Assembly: GCA_964635905.1 (NCBI GenBank)
Contig: CAZWPK010000003.1
Span: 2,459-66,458, forward strand
From: an uncultured Pseudomonadales bacterium
Lineage (GTDB): Bacteria > Patescibacteriota > Microgenomatia > UBA1400 > UBA12028
Direction: 5' to 3'
DNA length: 64,000 nt
Position 1 is the first letter of the stretch. Each line of letters opens with the position of its first letter. The notes below the pieces were generated by a model. That model did no database searches. It had not been told where the DNA came from and saw only the letters and a list, made by a program, of their open reading frames with translations. Of the stretch, positions 49,314 to 58,743 are shown in pieces. A program made the position numbers and the translations under genes.

Positions 49314-50027
49314 ATGCCTATTTCTCAGTACACTGCAAAGCTTTCTGACCGGATCACTATTGGAGGAAAATTCATTCATCTCCACTTAGAACTCCTCAGT
49401 CCCAACAAGATTACCTTTACAGCGGGCCAGTATCTATTACTTAACTGTCCGACAACTCCACAAAAGCGACAATACTCCATTGTGTCTGCACCTCGACTGG
49501 ATCACGCGATAGAACTTTTAGTGGAAGTCATCCCCAACGGGCAGGCCTCAGGATATCTAAATAATCTTGCCCTTGGAGCAGAAGTGAGTTTTTATGCTCC
49601 AGCTGGTGAATTTACAATTTCTCCCCAAGTCAATCAATTGCAAGAACCATTAGTGTTTGTCGCAACAGGGTCGGGAATTGCACCCTTTCGAGCCATGATT
49701 TTAGATCAGTTACGGACACAAGAAACGACGCGTCCCCTTCATTTACTCTGGGGAATGCGCCATGCAGACGAGCTGTTTTGGTTGGACCAGCTAGAGGAGC
49801 TTCATGATAATTTCAAGAATTTTACCTACCATATCGTCTTGTCACAGGCTCCCGACGAATGGACGCTCTGTCGTGGACATGTCACGGATTGTCTGGGTGT
49901 TCATGACCTGCTCCCGGATGCGCAGTATTATCTGTGTGGAAGCACAAAAATGATTACGGATGTGACACAAGTCTTACAGACTCGTGGAGTAACTCCCGAC
50001 AAGGTTCATTTCGAGAAGTTTATATAA
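49314..50027 (+). CDS. FNR-like oxidoreductase (FAD-binding and NAD(P)-binding domains)
   Basis: The FAD-binding RQYSIVS motif (RxYS) and the NAD-binding VATGSGIAPFRAM motif are present, followed by YLCGSTKM. Confidence 0.7.
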   Translation: MPISQYTAKLSDRITIGGKFIHLHLELLSPNKITFTAGQYLLLNCPTTPQKRQYSIVSAPRLDHAIELLVEVIPNGQASGYLNNLALGAEVSFYAPAGEFTISPQVNQLQEPLVFVATGSGIAPFRAMILDQLRTQETTRPLHLLWGMRHADELFWLDQLEELHDNFKNFTYHIVLSQAPDEWTLCRGHVTDCLGVHDLLPDAQYYLCGSTKMITDVTQVLQTRGVTPDKVHFEKFI

Positions 50028-50039
50028 GAAAGGCATTCT

Positions 50040-50333
50040 ATGGCAGATAGCGCCACCATCACTCCTGTAACGACGGACGAATCGGTTGCTCCCGCAGATA
50101 AAAACAAAGGTCCAGGAAAATATAAAGTAAAAGTCTTGCGTCCCAAGTGTATTGGAGCAGCTTCCTGTGTGGCCATTGCCCCAAAGGTGTTTGGCTTAGA
50201 TGCAAAAAACTTAGCGTTCGTTATCTCTGAAGATGAATTAGATGATATTAAACTCTTGGCTGCCCAGAGTTGTCCCACGGCTGCTATCGTGGTTGAAGAT
50301 ATCGAGACAGGGTCACAAGTGTGGCCGATGTAA
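50040..50333 (+). CDS. Small ferredoxin (single [4Fe-4S]-type)
   Basis: The Cys ligands CIGAASC....AQSCP follow a thermophile-type mono-cluster ferredoxin pattern. The protein is 97 aa. Confidence 0.7.
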   Translation: MADSATITPVTTDESVAPADKNKGPGKYKVKVLRPKCIGAASCVAIAPKVFGLDAKNLAFVISEDELDDIKLLAAQSCPTAAIVVEDIETGSQVWPM

Positions 50334-50447
50334 TCATGTTTGTTGGTTTATTGATTAATTGCATTCCACTACTGCAATAGTATTCTGCTGCTTTTACGCA
50401 CGTAATACGCTATGATGACAACGGAAATTTAGCCAAGGATGCATATT

Positions 50448-51389
50448 ATGACAATTGTGCTTACAGGTTCCATCGCCATGGATCGGATTATGAGTTATGC
50501 CGGACGCTTTGCGGATGTCATTCAACCGGACAAATTACATATTTTGTCACTATCAGTCCTTCTCTGTGATTTGCAGGAAACGAAAGGTGGGGTGGCTGCC
50601 AATATTGCCTATACCTTAGCTCTCCTGGGGGAGAGACCAATTTTGTATGGTTCGGTAGGGCCGAATGCTTCAGGATATATGGATGAGTTGGCAAAACTAG
50701 GGATTGACGTATCTCTGGTGCATTATTCTTCGTTACCGACTGCAAGTTTCTCGGTAATTACCGATGTTGCAGACTGCCAAGTGGGTGGCTTTTATGCAGG
50801 TGCAATGAGTGATGCAAAAAGTCTTTCTATAGAAGAATTTAAAGATCATGATGTGTTTGTCGTCATTTCACCGCATGATCCCGATCAAATGGCGGTGCAG
50901 GTGGAAGAGTGTAAGAAATTAAGCAAACGCTACTGTTATGATATCGGGCAGCAAGCGACGAATGTCGCTGCCAAAGACATCAAAAATGGAATCGAAGGTT
51001 GTGAACTCTTAATCGTCAATGACTATGAGATGGGAATTATCCAGCAAAAGACCGGCTGGACGCAGGATAAAATCGTCACCATGATTCCAACTTGTGTAAT
51101 CACGCTGGGTGAGAAGGGCTGTGTCGTTTGGCATGAAGGGAAACAGCGGATGATCCCGGCAATCAAAGATGTAAAAGTTGTTGATCCAACGGGGGCCGGT
51201 GACGCATTTCGCGCTGGATTTTTGTATGGATATCTACGACAAGTAGAACCCACTGTCTGTGCGCAAATTGGAGGCACATCTGCCTCGTTTGCCATTGAGG
51301 CCTCTGGAACTCAAACGCATCATTTTACTCGAGAGCGCTTTAAGGAGCGTTATGAATCCGCGTTTGGATCAACATCAGTATTGCAATAA
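50448..51389 (+). CDS. PfkB-family kinase, likely adenosine kinase
   Basis: The DPTGAGDAFRAGFLYG motif is present. An AAGGA RBS precedes the ATG at 50448. The gene sits immediately upstream of the SAHH gene. Confidence 0.65.
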   Translation: MTIVLTGSIAMDRIMSYAGRFADVIQPDKLHILSLSVLLCDLQETKGGVAANIAYTLALLGERPILYGSVGPNASGYMDELAKLGIDVSLVHYSSLPTASFSVITDVADCQVGGFYAGAMSDAKSLSIEEFKDHDVFVVISPHDPDQMAVQVEECKKLSKRYCYDIGQQATNVAAKDIKNGIEGCELLIVNDYEMGIIQQKTGWTQDKIVTMIPTCVITLGEKGCVVWHEGKQRMIPAIKDVKVVDPTGAGDAFRAGFLYGYLRQVEPTVCAQIGGTSASFAIEASGTQTHHFTRERFKERYESAFGSTSVLQ

Positions 51390-51403
51390 TTTAAAGGGAA
51401 TCT

Positions 51404-52717
51404 ATGTCACAAAAAACAACGGACTACAAAGTAAAAGATATTTCATTGGCAGAGTGGGGACGCTCGGAAATCACCTTAGCCGAACATGAGATGCCGGGAT
51501 TGCTTGCCCTTCGAAAAGAATTAGGCAAGAAGAAACCCTTAAAAGGAGCGCGGATTGCCGGCTCTCTCCACATGACCATTCAAACTGCCGTGCTCATTGA
51601 AACCTTAGTTGCATTGGGAGCAGAAGTGCGTTGGGCATCCTGCAACATCTTTTCAACCCAAGATCATGCCGCCGCAGCGATTGCCAAAGCTGGAATTCCG
51701 GTGTTTGCCTGGAAAGGGGAAACAGAAGAAGAGTACTGGTGGTCAACCGATCAGATTTTCAATTTTGTCGATAAGAGTGGCAAGCTCGTGGGACCCAATC
51801 TGGTTGTTGATGATGGATTTGATGCAACGTGGTGGTTACATGAGAAGCGCTCGGAACTGCTCGCAAACATTAAAGGTGTCTCGGAAGAAACCACTACAGG
51901 AGTTCACAAACTGACCAAGTTATTTGAAGAGGGTAAACTCAAAATTCCCGCAATTAATGTGAACGACTCGGTTACCAAGTCAAAATTCGACAATATCTAT
52001 GGGTGTCGAGAATCGCTAGTGGACGGAATTCGTCGAGCTACCGATATCATGTTGGCAGGAAAAGTAGCATTGGTTGCAGGATATGGAGATGTAGGTAAAG
52101 GGAGTGCCCAGAGTCTGAAAAACAACGGGGCTCGGGTCATTGTTACTGAAATTGACCCTATTTGTGCATTACAAGCAGCGATGGAAGGGTATGAGGTGAA
52201 ACGAATCGAGGAAGTAATTCCCGAGGTGGATATTTTTGTGACTACAACAGGATGTAAAGACGTGATCACACTCGAACACATGAAGAAAATGAAAGACACG
52301 GCAATTGTCTGCAACATCGGACATTTTGACGTCGAAATTCAAGTTGAGAAACTCAATCACGCAAAAGGAGTTACTAAAACCACCATTAAACCTCAAGTTG
52401 ATCTCTACACATTCCCGGATGGTCATCGTATTCTTTTGCTTGCAGAAGGACGTTTGGTCAATTTAGGTTGCGCTATGGGACACCCCTCGTTTGTGATGAG
52501 TAATTCCTTTACCAATCAGGTGTTAGCACAGATCGAACTTTTCACCAAAGACTATCCAATCGGTGTCCATCGTTTGCCCAAAGAACTGGATGAAAAAGTC
52601 GCGGCTCTCCATTTAGAGCATATCGGAGTGCATTTAACGACGTTAACCAGAGAGCAGTCAGAATACCTTGGGGTAGCTGCAACCGGACCGTATAAGCCAG
52701 ATCACTATCGCTATTAA
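51404..52717 (+). CDS. ahcY: Adenosylhomocysteinase
   Basis: The start [23 protein letters not shown] and the NAD-binding [10 protein letters not shown] motif are present, with a conserved C-terminus. Confidence 0.9.
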   Translation: MSQKTTDYKVKDISLAEWGRSEITLAEHEMPGLLALRKELGKKKPLKGARIAGSLHMTIQTAVLIETLVALGAEVRWASCNIFSTQDHAAAAIAKAGIPVFAWKGETEEEYWWSTDQIFNFVDKSGKLVGPNLVVDDGFDATWWLHEKRSELLANIKGVSEETTTGVHKLTKLFEEGKLKIPAINVNDSVTKSKFDNIYGCRESLVDGIRRATDIMLAGKVALVAGYGDVGKGSAQSLKNNGARVIVTEIDPICALQAAMEGYEVKRIEEVIPEVDIFVTTTGCKDVITLEHMKKMKDTAIVCNIGHFDVEIQVEKLNHAKGVTKTTIKPQVDLYTFPDGHRILLLAEGRLVNLGCAMGHPSFVMSNSFTNQVLAQIELFTKDYPIGVHRLPKELDEKVAALHLEHIGVHLTTLTREQSEYLGVAATGPYKPDHYRY

Positions 52718-52798
52718 ATTGCAGCTGTTTTTCAGAGAGGAATACTACACTTATCTTACAAACGTACGTTAAAAAAGCATAGTGTACAATGAACCCTT

Positions 52799-53431
52799 AT
52801 GAAAAATCTTGGTTTACTCATAGGCTCACTCGTTATCACCTTAATTGCAGTCGTGGCCGTTGCGTTTTTGTTCACGCGCAAAGTAAATGCCCCCATTGTT
52901 CCAGCCGATCCACAAATTCTGCTGGGAGAGAGTTTAAATACCAAAGGTAACCCAACTGCGAAGGTCACCGTTGTGGAGTTTTCCGATTTTCAATGCCCTT
53001 CCTGCAAAGCGATTCAACCATTAATTGATGACATTTATTCCAGTGCCTCCGATAGTGTCAAAATCGTCTACCGACACTATCCCTTACGGACCATTCATCC
53101 GAATGCTTTGGCTGCAGCCAAAGCCGCCCAAGCTGCCGGAAAGCAAAATAAATTCTTTGACTATCACGACAAACTCTTTGCTGTACAAGAGGAATGGGCT
53201 GAGGAGTCAGACCCTATGGGAAAGTTTGAGCAGTACGCAACCGAACTTGGATTAAATATCGATCAATGGAAAAAAGACGTGGCGGATAAGGCAATCGAGG
53301 ATATCGTATTGAAGGATGAAGCCGATGGAAACACGCTCGGTGTCGACTCCACGCCCACCATTTATGTAAACAACGTAAAAACTGATCTAAACGATGTTTC
53401 CAGTGCGGTCTCTCAAGCATTAGCCCAGTAG
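52799..53431 (+). CDS. DsbA-like thioredoxin-fold thiol:disulfide oxidoreductase, membrane-anchored
   Basis: The protein has an N-terminal TM, a CPSC active site within EFSDFQCPSCKAI, and a DsbA-like helical insert. Confidence 0.7.
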   Translation: MKNLGLLIGSLVITLIAVVAVAFLFTRKVNAPIVPADPQILLGESLNTKGNPTAKVTVVEFSDFQCPSCKAIQPLIDDIYSSASDSVKIVYRHYPLRTIHPNALAAAKAAQAAGKQNKFFDYHDKLFAVQEEWAEESDPMGKFEQYATELGLNIDQWKKDVADKAIEDIVLKDEADGNTLGVDSTPTIYVNNVKTDLNDVSSAVSQALAQ

Positions 53432-53507
53432 AATAGTCAACTTCCGTACCAGATACGCCTCTTTTGTAGGGGGAAGTTTAGTGTATTGCACAAAACCCGT
53501 AATCGCC

Positions 53508-53540
53508 CCTTGACGTGCCAGAGTAGAGTTGCTATTGTGA
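53508..53540 (+). promoter_or_regulatory. Candidate sigma-70-type promoter upstream of the 53602 small gene
   Basis: TTGACG is followed by a 17-nt spacer and TATTGT. Coordinates are approximate and the prediction is weak. Confidence 0.25.
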
Positions 53541-53601
53541 AGCTCATTAGTCTGGTACCTCAAGGAATCCAGGCAAATAGTAATCTAATAAAGGAGGGAG
53601 C

Positions 53602-53811
53602 ATGGCAGCAACGCTTCCGTATAAGAATTCTAAAGGTCAAACTTATTTTCTTCACACACGTGAAGTAAAGTTGAAGAATGGTCGCATTCAGCGCATTTAC
53701 TACTTTGCTCGTGATGAAAGAGAAGGGTTGCTAACTGAAGTCCCTCAAGGATATCAAGTAGTTGAAACCAAGAGAACTGGAATGCCTGTTTTAAAAAAGG
53801 CTGATAAATAA
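53602..53811 (+). CDS. Small conserved hypothetical protein (69 aa)
   Basis: A strong AAAGGAGGGAG RBS precedes the ATG. The product reads MAATLPYKNSKGQTYFLHTREVKLKNGRIQRIYYFARDEREGLLTEVPQGYQVVETKRTGMPVLKK. Confidence 0.5.
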   Translation: MAATLPYKNSKGQTYFLHTREVKLKNGRIQRIYYFARDEREGLLTEVPQGYQVVETKRTGMPVLKKADK

Positions 53812-53838
53812 GTTTGTTTCAAATAGATAGTGTACGAT

Positions 53839-53866
53839 AGAGGACCACCTTAAACGGTGGTCCTCT
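53839..53866 (+). other. 11-bp perfect-stem hairpin (possible terminator/attenuator lacking a U-tract)
   Basis: The 11-bp stem AGAGGACCACC pairs perfectly with GGTGGTCCTCT around the loop TTAAAC. Confidence 0.4.
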
Positions 53867-53884
53867 TGATAGAATAGGGATTGT

Positions 53885-54211
53885 ATGCAGATTACGTCAC
53901 CATTAATTTATGAACGACTAAAAACCGTGATGGATCCGGAACTCAACATTAATATCGTAGACTTAGGTCTAGTGTATGGAGTGGATATCACCCAAAATGA
54001 TCCAGCCTCTCCGGCAACGGTTGTCATCACGATGACGCTCACGACACCAGGCTGTCCGTTAGCGGCAACTTTTGAAACGATGATCAAAGATGCATTGTGG
54101 GGAATTGAAAGCTTAGATGTGGATCATGACCTGAAACTCAACTTAACGTTTGACCCCCCGTGGGTCTCTGACATGATGAGTGAAGAAGCCAAAGCAGAAC
54201 TCGGGCTATAA
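53885..54211 (+). CDS. DUF59/MIP18-family Fe-S assembly protein (SufT-like)
   Basis: The start LKTVMDPELNINIVDLGLVYGV and the PGCPLA motif are present. Confidence 0.75.
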   Translation: MQITSPLIYERLKTVMDPELNINIVDLGLVYGVDITQNDPASPATVVITMTLTTPGCPLAATFETMIKDALWGIESLDVDHDLKLNLTFDPPWVSDMMSEEAKAELGL

Positions 54212-54243
54212 CGGAATCTTCATGGTAAAATAAGATGTCTTTG

Positions 54244-54315
54244 GCGCCCATAGTTTAATGGATAGAATAGGAGTTTGCGGAACTTCTGATCCAAGTTCGA
54301 TTCTTGGTGGGCGCA
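54244..54315 (+). tRNA. tRNA-Arg (anticodon GCG, tentative)
   Basis: Acceptor GCGCCCA pairs with TGGGCGC, discriminator A. The T-arm is CCAAG-TTCGATT-CTTGG. The anticodon stem GGAGT pairs with ACTTC around the loop TTGCGGA. Confidence 0.7.
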
Positions 54316-54332
54316 CCCTTGGATTTTTTAAA

Positions 54333-54422
54333 GGAGGGGTGCCTCGAGCGGCTTATGGGCCAGGTTTCGAAAACCTTGGGGGGCGTAACAGCTCCACGTG
54401 GGTTCGAATCCCACCCCCTCCG
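54333..54422 (+). tRNA. tRNA-Ser (anticodon CGA), type II
   Basis: Acceptor GGAGGGG pairs with CCCCTCC, discriminator G. There is a long variable arm and a T-arm GTGGG-TTCGAAT-CCCAC. The anticodon loop is TTCGAAA. The gene is 90 nt. Confidence 0.7.
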
Positions 54423-54469
54423 CAACTTTCATTTATATATTCAAAAAGTAGAACGTGACGAAAAACTAT

Positions 54470-56179
54470 ATGGCACGACGTGTTGAAGAAAACCGGTGGA
54501 ATCAGTTTCTACGCACTATTTTGCCAGAATCTGGAACACCTCAGGAAGTCGTCACTGATGACAATATTCTTGAGCAGTGGAGGAAGATTGTTCCCCAAAA
54601 CAGATTTGGTGAGGTCTCAGCAACGCTTGGTCGTGATACATTTCGCTCAGAATTTGAACGGGCGCTTCAAGATGGTACTCTAGAGGAATTTTTAATAGAA
54701 CAACTCTCAAAACCAAATCCATATACAGGTATCTATGTTGTGCGCTCAGCTCCTGAAGTATTAACTTCGGCTGCTGATAAAGATGTTCAAGCTCTGCATC
54801 AGCCAACTTTTTTACACGAGCTTTTAACAAAACTTTCAACATTTGAGGATGAACTGCAGAAGAGTGGTATGCCATCTATTTTTATAGAAGAATATCAGCA
54901 TAAAGCTGCGGCAATTCGGCAATTTATACAGGCAGCTATCTCCATCGGTACCCCAGAGTTTACACAGTACCAACAGTCTGTGAAAGCTTGGGAAAAGTTA
55001 TTAAATGTGAAAGACCAATCTTCATCGAGAGAATTAAGATTACCTTATGAAGAGCAATCGTTACGGATTTTGCAGGCAAACAAAGAATCTAAGCCCGTCT
55101 ATACCTCTGTGACACAAGTGTTAGAAGAAATCTGGCATTTGAGTGATTCTGAAAAAGAAGCAATAGAGTTTGATACATTAACCCCCGAATCAACAAAACT
55201 ATCAGTAGCGCAAGGCAAAGCTCTTTTTAGAAATATTCTCAATCGAATTGGGTTAACAGACTGGGAGGTAGAAGAAACGTCCAGCTCTGCAATCAACGTA
55301 ACTGCGCAGGCTAAAAAGATTGCTTTCCCAAGATCGCGAGTGCTTACTGCGGACAGTGCTGCTTTTGTTGTTGCGCACGAATTTATTCACGTAATCCGTG
55401 GTGCAAATGGAGCAAAACAGGATTGTGCATTGTTGGAATCTGGGATGGAAGACTATTTACCTACAGAAGAAGGATTAGCAACATTATCCGAGATGATCAT
55501 GGGACAGCCATTTGGTCATCGAAGACAAGTGCTTTTTGCAGCACGATATTATGCAGTGGCTCAAGCCCTAAAGGTTGTAAAGGATAGTGATTCACATACC
55601 TTCAAGGCCAGACATTCCATTCAGGAAATCTATGATGAGTTAGTTGGTTTTCAGGTTGATCCTGAAGACGCTGCTGATCTTGTTTGGCGGATTTTTCGTG
55701 GAACTTCGCTTACAAGACAAGTAGTGAATACTGGAGTAACCTACAGTGATGGTACTTCGGTGATGGTCGCTGAGACATTTACCAAAGACGCTGTCTACTT
55801 TATCGGTCAAATGATGATGTTTGATACTGTTAAAGCGGTGATGCCAGTTCTCAAAGAAGAAATGGCAAAAAAAATTATCACGTCATCCGAGGATTTTTCA
55901 GATCGAGTACTTGCAAGGATTGGTCGTGCCATTGCTTTGACGGTGACCGATCAGAATGATCAAATACCATCCCAAGTGTTAAGCAAAGAAATGTATGATG
56001 AGTTTACTAAACTCGGAAGAGCAGCCCTCTTATCAATTCTGCAATATTATTTGCCTGGCAAAATGACCTTAGAAAGTTTAAGCGATCCCGAGAGTGGCTG
56101 GCAACCAACTATTCATCGAGAAAATTTAATTGAGTATTCTAGAATCTTCCAACCTCACACCGAAAACCTTCGAGAATAG
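54470..56179 (+). CDS. Hypothetical HExxH protein resembling the DUF1704 / QEGLA-motif putative carboxypeptidase family
   Basis: VVAHEFIHVIRG supplies the HExxH and TEEGLATLSEM is QEGLA-like. The ATG is at 54470. The track start is a GTG at 54455. Confidence 0.45.
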   Translation: MARRVEENRWNQFLRTILPESGTPQEVVTDDNILEQWRKIVPQNRFGEVSATLGRDTFRSEFERALQDGTLEEFLIEQLSKPNPYTGIYVVRSAPEVLTSAADKDVQALHQPTFLHELLTKLSTFEDELQKSGMPSIFIEEYQHKAAAIRQFIQAAISIGTPEFTQYQQSVKAWEKLLNVKDQSSSRELRLPYEEQSLRILQANKESKPVYTSVTQVLEEIWHLSDSEKEAIEFDTLTPESTKLSVAQGKALFRNILNRIGLTDWEVEETSSSAINVTAQAKKIAFPRSRVLTADSAAFVVAHEFIHVIRGANGAKQDCALLESGMEDYLPTEEGLATLSEMIMGQPFGHRRQVLFAARYYAVAQALKVVKDSDSHTFKARHSIQEIYDELVGFQVDPEDAADLVWRIFRGTSLTRQVVNTGVTYSDGTSVMVAETFTKDAVYFIGQMMMFDTVKAVMPVLKEEMAKKIITSSEDFSDRVLARIGRAIALTVTDQNDQIPSQVLSKEMYDEFTKLGRAALLSILQYYLPGKMTLESLSDPESGWQPTIHRENLIEYSRIFQPHTENLRE

Positions 56180-56314
56180 GTGAAATAGCGATTAGGTGGG
56201 GAGGTTGGAAGGGACGTGATGACAACTTTTTCCCAATGTGGACGCTTTCAGGTGGATATCTATAAATAAAATCCCAACTCAATTTCTCTTTGATTCTTGT
56301 ATGCTAGTAGATAG

Positions 56315-56971
56315 ATGAAGAAGACATTTCTTACCATTATATCCATTATTGCTGTTCTCATTTTAATCATCTTCTTACGTTCGTTGTTTCCTGAAGAGTA
56401 TGTCCAGGAAGTCATCTTTAAAGCTGGTCCTTTGGGACCGTTAGTGTATATTCTTCTATCGATTGCGGTTTATATCTTTGCCCCTTTTTTGGCACCTCCA
56501 CTAGTGTATGTGGGATACTATGCCTTTAGTCGGAATGTGGTTTGGTACGCAAGTATTGCGTCATTTATCTGTTTCTTTACCAATTTTTGGATAGCACGAT
56601 TATGGGGACGATCCTGGGTGGAAAGAATGGTGGGAAAGAGCGTGATGAAAAAGGTGGACTTAACAAGCAAAAACTATGGATTGACGACATTATTCTTCTT
56701 GCGAGTTTTTCAAGGAGGGATGAACGACGTCATTTCGTATGTTGGGGGATTAACGACCATTCCATTTCGTTCCTATTTAATAGTGTCGACGTTTGGCCTA
56801 CTACCCGGAGCAGTATTATGGTATTGGCTTTCACTGGCGGTGCATGATTCTGTAGAGTTTTTTGTGGTCAGTACAGCAATGTCTTTTTTCCTCTCAGGCT
56901 TGTTTTTGGGAGCAACCTATTTTATTCACACGATGCGTCAACGTCGGCCGCATTCACATTCTCGAACGTAA
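56315..56971 (+). CDS. DedA/TVP38/TMEM64-family membrane protein
   Basis: The protein is multi-TM with the DedA-like segment GLTTLFFLRVFQGGMNDVISYVGGLT. Confidence 0.7.
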   Translation: MKKTFLTIISIIAVLILIIFLRSLFPEEYVQEVIFKAGPLGPLVYILLSIAVYIFAPFLAPPLVYVGYYAFSRNVVWYASIASFICFFTNFWIARLWGRSWVERMVGKSVMKKVDLTSKNYGLTTLFFLRVFQGGMNDVISYVGGLTTIPFRSYLIVSTFGLLPGAVLWYWLSLAVHDSVEFFVVSTAMSFFLSGLFLGATYFIHTMRQRRPHSHSRT

Positions 56972-57062
56972 TGTCATTCTGGAGTAGTAACTGCATGACC
57001 ATCTTCCGTTTCGTTGGGTTGGCTGTCAGAGTTTGGTATGAGACAATAGCCGATTCAAAGCT

Positions 57063-58103
57063 ATGAAGACAGCCATTTCACCCAGCAAATATGGAGTTAT
57101 TATTGCGAAAGGATTCGCAATTCTTGCCGTGATTACGGTCCATACGCTTGCAAGCCTACCTCCGAGTATTTATACCGTAGTACAGACGGTGGATTTAGCG
57201 ATAGCGATTGATCAACTAACTCGATTTAGCGTTCCGTTGTTTGTCGCATTATCTGGATTTGCTTTAAGTAAGAAATATGAGAATACGGTTGTACCGGCAG
57301 TATCATTTTACTGGAGCAGGCTGCAGAAACTGTTTCCACTCTATCTTCTTTGGAGTCTACTCAGCATCTGGGTACTCTCGTTTTCAAAATCTTGGTCTGC
57401 TGGAGGACCATCGCATCCGATTTGGCTGCGATTACTACGAGGGGAAGCAGATTACCAGTTCTATTTTGTTCCCATGATCTTGCAACTCTACGCACTTTTC
57501 CCCTTGATTCTACGCATCGTTTTCAAGTATCCCGTGTTATCGTTGGCTGGAGCAATGAGTCTCCAGTTGACTGCTTTTTGGGTCTTTCGGCAGCAATTAA
57601 CCCATCAACTGGAACTTCCGTTCAATGCCAGTGATCAACGTCATTATTTGTTATTCGTGTCCTGGATTGGCTATTTTGTGTTGGGGATGGTTTGGGCACA
57701 CTGGGAATCAAAAAAGCACCTTTCCCGTTGGCTTCCGTTGTGGATGGCTGGGGTAATTGGGTCGTACTTAGTGATTACTTGGAGTGGGATTAGTCAAATC
57801 AAACTGGGATTGGATCCTATCTTGGCACTTCGCTTTACTCGACCAGAGATTGTTGTCTTCGCGACCAGTGTGATTCTGATGTTTCTGTCCGTAAAGGAAA
57901 AATTCATCTCTAATTCTTCGCTACTGACCCCAATCTATTGGGCAGGGAAACATTCGTATCTCCTGTTTTTGTCGCATACGGTACTGTTACGCATCGTTGT
58001 GGGGTATAAAGAAGCTACTGTTTCCACCCAAGTACTTCTATCAGCTTTGGTTGTCTGGGGCGTAGGATGGATGCTCTCGATAGCGTATCGGCATAGTGAA
58101 TAA
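57063..58103 (+). CDS. Acyltransferase family 3 (OafA-like membrane O-acyltransferase)
   Basis: The protein has about 10 TM helices, an N-terminal AKGFAILAVITVH segment and acyl_transf_3 topology. Confidence 0.7.
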   Translation: MKTAISPSKYGVIIAKGFAILAVITVHTLASLPPSIYTVVQTVDLAIAIDQLTRFSVPLFVALSGFALSKKYENTVVPAVSFYWSRLQKLFPLYLLWSLLSIWVLSFSKSWSAGGPSHPIWLRLLRGEADYQFYFVPMILQLYALFPLILRIVFKYPVLSLAGAMSLQLTAFWVFRQQLTHQLELPFNASDQRHYLLFVSWIGYFVLGMVWAHWESKKHLSRWLPLWMAGVIGSYLVITWSGISQIKLGLDPILALRFTRPEIVVFATSVILMFLSVKEKFISNSSLLTPIYWAGKHSYLLFLSHTVLLRIVVGYKEATVSTQVLLSALVVWGVGWMLSIAYRHSE

Positions 58104-58131
58104 GAATACAATTTGCGGTACACTAGTACGT

Positions 58132-58695
58132 ATGGACAGACCCACGACCGAAACCCCAGAAACAATTCCACCAATAGATACCCTAGATCAGCACCAAGAG
58201 CGGATTCTCTACGAATGGGTTTCTGCGTCACGACCGTATAAGAAACGCGATCGAGAGTTCTATACCACCATTGGGGTGATTGTCTTTCTCGTCTCTCTCA
58301 TCTTGTTTTTTGCTGGCCAGTTCCTCTTTATTGCTGTCGTAGTGAGTGCAGCGTTTGTGGCCTATGTCTTAAACACCATCCCTCCGGATAACGTTCATAA
58401 CGCGATTACCACGTTTGGCATTCGATCAGGACAGCAGCTCTTCTATTGGGAGGAGTTAGGACGTTTCTGGTTTACCGAAAAAAATAAGACCTCGATGTTG
58501 CATGTGGAGACAGCCCGGGCATTCCCAGGAGTCCTGGTCTTATTGCTCCAAGACATTTCTCAGGAAGAAGAACTAAAGAAAATAATTCTCAAATACACGG
58601 TGTTTGAAAAGCCTAAGGATACTTGGGTCGACAAAGCCACTCTGTGGATGCAAGAAAAATTCCCCTTAGAAAAAGACGATCAATCTTCAACGTAA
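58132..58695 (+). CDS. Hypothetical membrane protein (two TM helices, then a ~110-aa soluble domain)
   Basis: The ATG is at 58132 (MDRPTTE...). The track start is a GTG at 58096 that overlaps the acyltransferase end. Confidence 0.35.
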   Translation: MDRPTTETPETIPPIDTLDQHQERILYEWVSASRPYKKRDREFYTTIGVIVFLVSLILFFAGQFLFIAVVVSAAFVAYVLNTIPPDNVHNAITTFGIRSGQQLFYWEELGRFWFTEKNKTSMLHVETARAFPGVLVLLLQDISQEEELKKIILKYTVFEKPKDTWVDKATLWMQEKFPLEKDDQSST

Positions 58696-58743
58696 CGTCA
58701 CAAACTATTTACCGATACGAAATATTTTTCGTCTACGTTCCTG

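Noticed and set aside
53486-53668. The 60-aa ORF at 53486..53668
   Set aside because: It overlaps in another frame the better-supported 53602..53811 gene, which has a strong RBS. It has no RBS itself and covers the putative promoter region.
54258-54486. ORFs at 54258..54458 and 54304..54486
   Set aside because: They lie entirely within the tRNA-Arg/tRNA-Ser tandem. The tRNA cloverleafs explain the sequence.
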